Positions 53,635-64,000 of a stretch of DNA of 64,000 bases are shown piece by piece. The DNA is from Squalus acanthias. Its lineage: Eukaryota. Position 1 is the stretch's first letter; every line of letters begins with the position of its first letter. The stretch spans positions 94,986,001-95,050,000 of the forward strand of contig CM059432.1 in assembly GCA_030390025.1 (NCBI GenBank), read 5' to 3'. Position numbers and translations under genes: made by a program. The notes under the pieces were generated by a model, which was not told the origin of the DNA, made no database searches, and saw nothing but the letters and a program-made list of their open reading frames with translations.

Positions 53635-54371
53635 GGCTGTGAAATTCGGCTTCTTTGCACCTGCTGTTAGCGCCTCCGGGGGGGTGCTAATGGGCGCAAA
53701 TGGATTATCGCCTGGGCGGGGAGTGTATCCCGAGAAATTTGGCGGGACGCTATTGAAGCGCTAGCCGATAGTGCCGCTCCCCCGCCAGTAGCGCCCTGGG
53801 CCGTGCGCCGTGACCCCTTACCGCCCTGCAGCAGAAATTTGGTTGCGCCCCATGAGGCTGCCGCAGGCGGTGTCAGCGCCAGCCTCACGGGTCGCGAGCT
53901 GGGCCGAACTCCGCTCGTGGGGCGCTAATTAAAGGGAGGTGCGGCCACGACCTGCGCCGCCATTTTATCTTTTTGGGCTGACCTCCAGGTCGGCCCTCCG
54001 TGGCGTCCCTTGGCGTGGTCCGTGGCTGCCATCGCGCAGCCCGGCACCGCGTCTCAGTGCCGGGCTACAGCCACGGCACCATGCCGCTCTAGTGGGTTAG
54101 TGTGGGTCATCGGAGGCCCTGCAGAGCTCGCAGTGTCCCTCCCCTTTAACGGAAGTGGAGGGGCATTGAAACGCGTCAGCGCTACGCGGAGCGGCCGTGT
54201 AGCGCTCTGGTGCTACTGCAGTTTGCTCCGCCGACACTGCCTAAGAAAGCGCTCACTTCTTCACTGGGGCGGTAAGCCGAATTTAGCAGCCGGGGCGGTA
54301 ATCCTGCGCCGGGCGCTAAATCTCCGGCGATAATTCGGTTGCCACCCGGGCAGTAACCAAATTTTGTCCCC
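53635..54371. mobile_element. CpG-rich Harbinger-type MITE
   Basis: TIRs GGCTGTGAAATTCGG / CCAAATTTTGTCCCC; 3-bp TSD ATT (53632-53634, 54372-54374). Confidence 0.75.
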
Positions 54372-55504
54372 ATTCTGTTTACTGAGCAGGTTTTTCTTGG
54401 AATTGTGCTGGAAATTTACAGCAGTTTGAAAATGTCAGACAGAAAAAAACCTGATAATAGCAGCCAAAGCGTTTTTGTTTGTGAAATTACAGAACCCCGA
54501 TTTCTTAATCCATCCTTGAACTAACCAAGAAGTTGAAGCGGAGCGAAGTTTTACACATTTGCTGGTGTTTTGGTCAGTCTTGAAGTTAAATCCACTGGGG
54601 TTATGTCTAATCCAACCTCAGTTGCATATCTCTATTGCCAAGTTTTCGCAACAAAATAAAGCTAAAATAATTTGTCCAAGCCCAAAATATTTACAATTAT
54701 TTGATTAAAACAGTCTGTATCATGTGAAGATCAATAAGATCTGGCCTCTCTCTTGCTGATAGCCGTGAAGAGTGTGCTTGTGCATCATATTAATGAAGGT
54801 AGCCTTGATTTTTTATGCAGCTCTTCCTAGCTCTCATATTTTAAACCAAATATTAGTTGTGGTTGAGAGGTGTAGTAATAAAATGTTGCCCAGAGAGTGA
54901 TTGAGCATGTACTATGCTTTGCAACTTGCATATAAATCAAGAAATAATAATCTATTATTTACAGCTCCAAAGTTGCAATCTGTGTTTGTATTATTATATC
55001 CCTTGAGCTTATGGAGAATAGAAAAATCCCACTGCCAACAGACAAAACTGTTGCATTCAATGTCAATAGATTGGTCAAATAGTGCATAAGAAAACTTACT
55101 GAGCTATGTGAGAAGTGTTCTTTCACAAGGTGAACTTCGAAGCACAAACTAATTCTGCAGCAAAACGTTTTGCTTAAATATCATCAATTTAACCCTATAG
55201 GTCATTGAAACAATTGCAATGGTACAAGAAGAGTCTTTATTAAATATATAGCACTCCGCAGCGTAGCATGTTTTGCATTGAAGCTAGGTTGATTCAATAA
55301 GAATAGCCCAGTAACACCCACTTTCCAGCCTTCTGATAACACCATTCTTAACCCCCTGGTCAAGATTGTGTATTTTCCATGCATGCACACTTCTAAATTT
55401 TCCACCAAAGCAGATATGGACTGTGACATCTACAGTCCATTCGAAATAAGGACAAAGCACTCAGTGCTTCAGTATATTATTTAATCATACTAAGTATGAT
55501 TAAA

Positions 55505-55965
55505 GCTGGTACCAGAACTGAGAGGTTATACCTATCAGGAAAGATTAAAGAGAAGGCTGAGGGGTGACCTGATAGAGGTCTTTAAGATTATAAAAGGGAT
55601 TGATAGAGTAGACGTAGAGAAGATGTTGCCACTTGCGGGGGAAACCAGAACTAGAGGTCATGAGTATAAGATAGTCACTAATAAATCCAATAAGGAATTC
55701 AGGAGAAACTTCTTTACCCAAAGAGTGATTAGAATGTGGACCTCGCTAGCACATGGAGTAGTTGAGGCAACTGGCATAGGTGCATTTAAAGAGAAGCTAG
55801 ATAAACACATGAGGGCGAAAGGAATAGAAAGGATATGTTGATGGGGTTAGATGAGGAAGGATGGGAGGAGGGTTGTGTGGAGCATAAACACCAGCATTGG
55901 ACCTGTTGGGCCGAATGGCCTGTTTCTGTGCTGTAAATACTATGTGATACAATGTAATACTATGT
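55505..55965 (+). mobile_element. CR1 3' fragment
   Basis: GETRTRGHEYK..RRNFFTQRVIRMW; tail GGCCGAATGGCCTGTTTCTGTGCTG. Confidence 0.9.
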
Positions 55966-57221
55966 GAGTACCAGCATAGTATAGCATATTAATACACCTT
56001 GTTAGTAGCAATGTTGCATCTGAGTCAGATGATGGTGGGTTTAAGGCCTAATCTAGGATTTGAGCACATAATCTGATATTCTCACAATAGTGAGTGAGGG
56101 ACACTTCCATTGTTACAGATGTCTTTACCTTCATGCCTACTGCTTCTGATTTATTTTTATGCTAATTGTTTTTCCGTTGATTTACAGTATGTGTTAGATT
56201 GACTGCATTTAGATAACTTATGCTCCTGTTGCAACGAGTGTCTGGAAGATTCATTGTGTCTATTTACAAGATGGACTTCAATAGACCTTTCGGACCTTGT
56301 ATGTTTCTGTATTCTTAAATGTAAAATACATCATGGAATTTCCACAATAAATGTTACATTTAATTTAAGTGGGGAACCTTTTAACTTATTTTGGTCAGGT
56401 TGTAACTTGTCCTCGATGATGTCACTAGGCAATGGCCTCTGTTATTCCCTACTGATAGTTTCCACCATTGCTGGCTGTTTACTATTTTCCTCACATACGA
56501 TAGCTCTTCAGTGTCTCTGTTTTGACATTTAATCCTAAAAGTAAAATAACTCATTGTGCACATTTTAACTACCGGTTATTCAATAGAAATTCAGGCAAGA
56601 TAAGGATTCCGGAAAACAATGTGTGCTTCCTGTGTCCTCGTCACAACCAGTTCCTCCAGACTTGCTGGTCGTTTTTCCTGAAATACTGCGAGGAACATGC
56701 ACAAAGGAGACCCATAGCCCAGTCAGACCGGTTACACTTTCTCGGGGACACTAGGACTAACAAATTGAAGTGTTGTTATACTAAGCACATCTCTTCTCTC
56801 TCCCCACCCACCCCACCCCAAGAGTTGGCAATTCCTTTTATACTCCTTGACATGATTGTTCTTGCTATAGCTTGGGAAATTCTGGTACCAGGAAATGAGA
56901 GCAATTTTTATCTCAGACCCTAGGTGAACCTAATTCCAGGGATCACAGTGGCTTCTTCAGCATATGATCAGGCAGTCTCTAGCCAAGGATTTCTTTCATC
57001 CAATGCACGTATTCTTGATTGATCATCTTTGTGATTCCATTATTATGTTACGTTGTTGTTCTTATCAAAAACAGTTAATACTAATTTAACCACGAAGGCT
57101 TAGACAAACAAAGCGTGTTTTTGACACTAAAGTTCAGTTTTCAGTCTTCACCCCTCAGTGTTTAGTTTAGTGTTCTCTCCTGCTGCCTTCAGTTAGGATC
57201 CTTTAGTAATACTTTGTTTAG

Positions 57222-58950
57222 TATATAGTCGGTGCCTAGGGAACGGAGTTTGTGGCGGGGACCGAAGACAATGGCTTCGGTCTTCCCAATATTTAGTTGG
57301 AGGAAATTTCTGCTCATCCAGTACTGGATGTCGGACAAGCAGTCAGACAATTTAGAGACAGGGGCTGGGTCGAGAGAGGTGGTGGTGAGGTAGAGCTGGG
57401 TGTCGTCAACATGGAACATGACGTGTGTTTTCAGATGATGTCTCGGGGCAGCATATAGATAAGAAATAGGAGGGGGCCAAGGATAGATCCTTGGGGGACA
57501 CCAGAGGTAACGGTGCGGGAGTGGGAAGAGAAGCCACTGCAGGTGATTCTCTGGCTACGACTGGATAGATCAGAATAGAACCAGGCGAGGGCAGTCCCAC
57601 CCAGCTGGACGACGGTGGAGAGGCGTTGGAGGAGGCATGGAGTGGTCAACCGTGTCAAAGGCTGAAGACAGGTCAAAAAGGTCGAGGAGCGATAGCTTAC
57701 CATGGTAACAGTCACATAGGATGTCATTTGTGACTTTGATAAGAGTGATTTCGGTACTGTGGCAAGGCGGATATCTGATTGGAGGGATTCAAACTTGGAG
57801 TTCCGGGAAAGATGGGCATGGATTTGGGAGACGACTAAAAGTTCAAGGACTTTGGAGAGGAAAGGGAGGTTGGCAATGGGACAATAGTTTGCAAGGACAG
57901 ATGGGTCAAGGGTTGTTTTTTTGAGGAGAGGGGTGATGATGGCAGATTTGAGGGAGAGGGGGCAGTACCTGAGGAGAGAGAACCGTTAACATCAGCTAAC
58001 ATGGGAGCCAGGAAAGGAAGTTGGGTGGTCAGCAGTTTGGTGGGAATAGGGTCGAGTGAGCAGGAGGTGGGTCTCATGGACAAGATCAGCTTGGAGAGGG
58101 CATGAGGGGAGATAGGAGAGAAACTGGAGAAAGATGTGAGTTCAGAGCTTGGGCAGGGGGAACCTTAGAAGCAGTTTGGTCCGGTGAGCTAGGGGAATGG
58201 AGGGAAGTGGCAGAGGTAGCTGATCGGATGGTCTCAATCTTAGTGACAAAGAAGTCCATGAGCTCCTCGCACTTGTTGTTGAAGGTGAAGGGGGAGGAGA
58301 CAGAGGAGCGGGGTTTAAGAAGACGGTTTGCAGTAGAGAAAAGAAGCCGGGGGTTATATTTGCATTCCAGGATGATCCCGGAATAGTGAGCAGTTTTGGC
58401 AGACAAGAGTACAACCCAATCGATAGTGCTTTATGTAGTCCAGCCAGATCTGGTGGTGAATGGCTAAACCAGTTGTCTGCCATAAACGTTCAAGTCTGCA
58501 TCCTTGGCCTTAAGGGAGCAGAAATGAGGGCCGTACCAGGGTGAGAGAGAGTAATGTTTTTAATGGGGACTAGGGCATCAAAGGTGGAGGTGAGAGTGTG
58601 GTTGAGCAGATCGGTAGCTGCAGAATTGTTGTGAATGGAGGGCCAAAGGCTAAACAGTTGGGCTTTTGAAAGTGCAGTTGTAAGTGAATTGGGAGAGTTT
58701 TTTTTCCCAGGGGAAGACACAGAAGGAAGTAGGGTTGGGAGGGAAGGGGGATGTGGGTGGAGAGCGATACAAGGAAGTGATCAGGGATGGCCTTATCTGT
58801 GATTGATGCGATGGGAGTAGCGAGGCCACTTGAGATGGCAAGGTCAAGGGGGTGACCATGAATATGGGTAGGAGAGTTTACATGGCGGGAGAGATTAAGG
58901 GAGGAAGGGAGGGCAGTGAACTCAGGAGAGAGAGAGCATGATGAGTTGAG
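57222..58950 (-). mobile_element. L2-clade LINE internal fragment (endonuclease end to RT)
   Basis: Minus-strand TSCSLDPIPTKLL, SGVPQGSILGPLLFLIYM, DDTQLYL, WMSRNFLQLNIGKTE. Confidence 0.92.
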
Positions 58951-59919
58951 ATCAGTTTCACTGAGTTGCAGGGGGGGTGAGATTTAAGGCAGCTCGTCCA
59001 GATACAGCCACTAGTTGGAGAAGTGTTTTTTTCTCCCATTTCCGCTCAAACTCATTTGCATATCGGCAAACGCAAAATCTACCATGAACCAGCGCAATTG
59101 GACAACGTTTTATAATGTAATTTAAAAAAAAATTGCTGTAAAAAATATTCCTTGATATATTTAAGAGTGGTAACTTGGTGCAGCTTTATTAATACACCTG
59201 CAAATAGGCTTATCACAAAAAATAAGCATTTTAATCAGTGTCTAGTCCACCATCTGTGAGTAATCCGATTTTAAATAACTGAAAATGACGTTAACAAATA
59301 AACAGAACCATTTTGTAGTTATATTGGTGTATAGTAGTCAGTTTCTTAGTCAATTAAAAAAAATTATATTCAAAAGCTTTTAAAATGTGCATATTAGTGT
59401 CCTTGCGCCCAAAAGAACCAGCTTAATTTTTAGAGCCTCCTACGAAGGCAATTAGCAGAAACTCCCAATGGTAATTAATTTGATCAGGCTGCATGGCCAG
59501 TTTTGTGGGTGGAGCCAGCTTCTAGCAGATGGTTTTTAAACAAACGCAAAAGATTGTGGAAACTCGATTAATGCTGGACGTAATTTGCGATCTTTTGCGC
59601 CTGTTACGCCGAAAAAACCAATGCAACCAAGCGGAAGTTCTGTCTTCCAAAGTCATGTATGTTATATTAACATATGTTGTTGTAGCAGAGAATGTCATGA
59701 ACATAGTGTTGACAATAAAACTCAATATGATGAGTTTATCACTGTTGCACTACACAGAATCTGGGGGCCCAAGTAACTTTCATTCAGAGGATTGTCACTA
59801 AAGCTTGAGTCCTAAAGGAAAGAATGACAAATTATATTATCCCTCATCTATCTCTCAGAAATGTCTCTAAGCGCTTCACATATAACAAATTACCCTCAAG
59901 TGCAGTAATTGGGGATAAA

Positions 59920-61150
59920 TCTTGGGAATGGATAAGAAATTGGTTAATGGGTTAAAAAAAGCAGCAGGTGTTCGAGGATTTATGTTAGAATGGGAGGGGA
60001 GAAGTAAGTACTGAGTCGGGTGCTCCAGGACTTGATGTTGGAACCATTACTGTTTCTAATTTAGATTAATGATTTGGATTCAGAAATTAGCAGATGATAC
60101 CAAACTAGGAGGAACAGTGGAATCAGAAGAGGCTGCTCAGAAATTATAGAATGAGCTGGATGAAATATGCATGTGAGTTGAACAATGCCAGATGATGAAA
60201 TGTGAAGTACTGCATGTAGGAATGATAAAATAAATGAGCGACATACGTACTTTGTGAATGGTTTTGAAATAGCTAAGGATGAAGATGAAAATGACCTCGG
60301 TGTCTTAGTAGTCTCGACACTCAACATGTTCAACCAATGCAGAGCAGCAATCAAGAAGGCCAATATAATGTTGAACTACATAGCTAAAACAATAGAATAT
60401 AAGTTGGGGGAAGTAGTGATCAAACTGTACAGAGTTTTGGTCACACCGCACCTTGAGTATTGTGTCCAGTTCTGGTCACCAAGAAAAACATTCAGATACT
60501 GGAAGCAATGAAGAGAAGAGCCACAAGGCTGATCCCTGTCAATGGTCTGAGTTAGGAGGAAAGAATAAAGAAACCAATTTTCAACCTGGCAAGGAGATGT
60601 TAGATTAGAGGGGAGTTGAGGAGAACTTTTTTCACCCAGAGGGTGGTGGGGGTCTGGAACTCACTGCCTGAAAGAGTGGTAGAGGCAGAAACCCTCACCA
60701 CATTTAAAAAGTACTTGGATATGTACTTGAAGTGCCGTAACCTACAGGGCTACGGATCAAGAGCTGGAAAGTGGGATTCGGCTGGATAGCTCTTTTTCGG
60801 CTGGCACAGACACGATGGGCTGATTGGCCTCCTGTGTCGTAAATTTCCATGATTCTATGTCTAAAAGGTTATCTTCTAGAGGTATATATGGTAGTCGAGG
60901 AAATGGGAAAAGTAAATCTGTAATACTACTTTAAATTAAATTGTGGCAGTAGAACAATGAGACACGGATTCAAACTAGTAAAAGGCAAATTTAGATTGAA
61001 ATCAAGAAGTTCTTCTTCCCACAAAGAGTGATCACTCACATAGAGTAATGGAGGCAACAACTTTGGAATCACCAGAAGAAATGAGATGGTACAGTGGTGG
61101 GACTGTAAGGTTTTTCTGGATGGATGGACAGAAAGGCCTTCGTCATGCAT
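59920..61150 (+). mobile_element. Old CR1 fragment with a younger CR1 tail nested at about 60600-60860
   Basis: DLGVLV..LVTPHLEYCVQFWSP; insert nearly identical to 1525-1790. Confidence 0.85.
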
Positions 61151-62577
61151 AATTATCTTGTGAATCCAAAAGGAGCTGAACTGATATAATCTGCTTACAA
61201 TCAATCTGTGACTTTTGCCAGTTCTTAGTTTGACTGCTAGATGGAGCACTTTGCAATGCCAGTACGTTCCTCCTTAGGAAAGGGCATAAATAAAGCGCTA
61301 TTCAGTGTTCGCGCCTGTTATAAATATGCAGCTCTTGATGACTAATTATAGAATGAGCAGTGATGGTGACTGCGCCAAAGTCCGTCACTCAAATCCCACT
61401 ACCCCCGAACTGCAGAGAATTGTGTTGAAAGGCTTCTGTGAAACGCCTTGCGACGTTTTACTACGTTAAAGGTGCTATATAAATACAAGTTGTTGTTGTT
61501 GTTGTTCTGTTATATTTGATACTGTAACTAGTTCAGGATTGTTGAGATTTGAGGTTGAGCTTCTCATGTTTTTATTGAAAAATTAGCGTTTTAATAAAAA
61601 CTTTTCTGCTGAAGTTCATACACATGCAGAAATAAAAGGTAAACCAAGCTCATTTTGAATTAATAGTCCTATATTTTGCAATAATGTATAATCATTTTAT
61701 TTTATGGAATAGCTTTGTTTGCCAGCGACCTGGCTGATAATTACCTGAATAAGTATTATTTGTACATTTGGAAGTTTCTAGCAACATGTTATACAACATA
61801 TTTCAAGTTTGCATCTCTTTTGGCCTACTTTTTTTTTATTATCACCAACAAAGGCTTTTTCTCGTGACTAAAACAGATATGAGTTGAAGGGCACAATATG
61901 TGCCTGGTCCTGTGAGTCATGCCGTCATTAGCTGGAGCAGAATTCTGGCTTGGAGGATTCAAATGAGGGAATTCCTAATTCCTGTCAGATTTTCTTACAT
62001 AACAGAAATCAGTGTATTTAAACAATTAAAATGAATAATATGTTACTAACTTGATGTCTCACTAATCTGTGACTTTTCTTAGTCAGCCAGGTTTCCTGCT
62101 CCTGATTAAACTTACAAAATAGCCTGTGTTGCCAGGTGGTGGATAAGAATAGGATCAGGCGTGGCTGTGATGCCTTCTATGGTTGAATAATGAGCTGATA
62201 CTAACTGTCAAAACTTACACATGAAGAATAGCCACTTGGACAAGGTACTGGAGAGCAGAGGTGCCGGTATTCCAGCCTTATGAACCGTCCATCTGATGTG
62301 GCACCCATTCTTAGTGGTTGCAATCACAGACACTGAGCTGTGTTTTCCCTCACAGCACCAAACTTCCATCATTTCACAAACCTGAGGTACTAGCCAGACA
62401 AATTAAATTTGATTAGGTTTTAGTTATTAACAATAATACAAACAGAGGTGGTGTCTGTAGCAGATGGGGGAAAAACTCCACAATTCTTTTAAAAAGTTGT
62501 TACTGATCTATTTTCTCATTAATATTTCCAGGGTCACTGTTTTGGGATCAGGGCCCAATCAGCCAGCCAATTATATT

Positions 62578-63861
62578 AAAAATAAAAACAGAAATGCTGG
62601 AAATATTCAGCAGGTCAGGCAGCATCTGTGGAGAGAGAAACAGAGTTAACATTTCAGGTCGATGACCTTTCGTCAGAACTGGAAGAAGTTAGAGATTTAA
62701 CAATTTATAAGCAAGTACAGAGCCAGGGAAAAGAGAGGGGGGAGGGGAGGAAAGAACAAACGGGAAGGATGTGATAGGGTGGAGGGCAGGAGAGATTAAA
62801 TGATAAAAGGGATGATAGTGCAAGGCAAAAGAAGATGGTAATGGACATGCAAAGATAGTGCCTTTCACAACCTCAGGGTGTCCCAAAGTACTTTTGTCAC
62901 TGTTGAAATGTAGGAAACGCAGCAGCCAATTTGCACACAGCAAGCTCCCACAAACAGCAATGTGATAATGACCAGATAATCTGTTTTTGTGATGTTGATT
63001 GAGGGATAAATATTGGCCAGGACACCGGGGATAATTCCCCTGCTCTTCTTCGAAATAGTGCCATGGGATCATTTGCGTCCACCTGAGAGAGCAGATTAAG
63101 AAAATAAGAACATAAGAATTAGGAGGCCATATGCTCCCTCGAGCCTGCTCTGCCATTCAATAAGAGCATGGCTGATCTTCGATCTCAACTTTACTTTCCC
63201 GCCTGATCTCCATATCTCTTGATTCCCCTAGTCTAAAAATCTATCGATCTCAGCCTTGAATATACTCAACGACTCCACATCCACAGCCCTTTGGGGTAGA
63301 GAATTCCAAAGATTCACAACCCTCTGAGTGAAGAAATTCCTCTTCATCTCAGTCCTAAATGGCCGACCCCTTATCCTGAGACTATGCCCCCTAGTTCTAG
63401 ACTCTCCAGCCAGGAGAAACAATCTCTCAACATCTACCCAGTCAATCCCCCTCAGAATCTTATTATTTCACTGAGATCACCTCTCATTCTTCTGAACTCC
63501 AGAGCGTATAGGCCCAATCTTCTCATAGGACAACCCTCTCATCTCCGGAATCAATCTAGTTTAACATCTCATCTAAAAGACAACATATCCAACATTCTGC
63601 ACTGGAGTGTCAGCTTAGATTTTTGTGTTCAAGTCCCATGGAGTGGGATTTGAACCCACAACTTTCTACGTCAAAGGTGAGAGTGCTACCAACTGAGCCA
63701 CGGCTGACACTGCTGGCTACTGCTAACAGCAGAATCATTACCAACAGCTGCTGTTCAAGAAAATGGTTATGATCTAAAGTTATTGAACTCAGTGTTGAGG
63801 CTGGAAGGCTGTAAAGTGCCTAATTGAAAATGAGGTGCTGTTCCTCGAGCTTCGGTTGAGC
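62578..63861 (-). mobile_element. Nested cluster: Penelope (62578-62850 and 63765-63861), Deu SINE (about 62852-63096 and 63558-63708), CR1 3' fragment (about 63097-63557)
   Basis: pLTR with hammerhead at 62644-62680; GIY-YIG C-terminus at 63765-63861; SINE halves are collinear with 31684-32217; CR1 TRGHSLRIRG..FFTQRVV. Confidence 0.85.
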
Positions 63862-64000
63862 CAATTATATTATGTGACTGATTGGTACAACTTGGATTTA
63901 TAATTTTAAAAAATAAAACGATGCTAAATTGAAATTAATTTTGGTGCTGAAAAATACCACAGGGAGCAGTAGAAAACTATCATACTGTTATTCAGGTTTA

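Overview
Vertebrate nuclear DNA, most likely from a shark or other cartilaginous fish (inferred from the repeat families). The only host gene I can support is the 3' end of mind bomb 1 (MIB1, + strand): six coding exons at 2943-18230 (last ankyrin repeats, RING1-3, stop) and a probable repeat-free 3' UTR of about 4 kb. The rest is intronic or intergenic DNA dense in mobile elements: CR1 and L2 LINEs, Penelope-like elements with minimal hammerhead ribozyme motifs, PIF/Harbinger transposons and MITEs, a hAT MITE family, tRNA-derived SINEs and two related solo-LTR-like repeats. Best leads: (1) two unrelated ~210-225 bp palindromic Penelope-derived mini-elements, each flanked by a direct repeat (likely TSD) and built around a hammerhead motif; (2) a 1-bp frameshift in the MIB1 RING1 exon; (3) a near-perfect intronic copy of the acceptor and 5' part of a MIB1 RING2 exon; (4) a telomere-like tract bracketed by an ~80-bp direct repeat; (5) a transposase-less Harbinger that keeps a largely open Myb/SANT gene. 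Family names and human MIB1 comparisons come from memory, not database searches.
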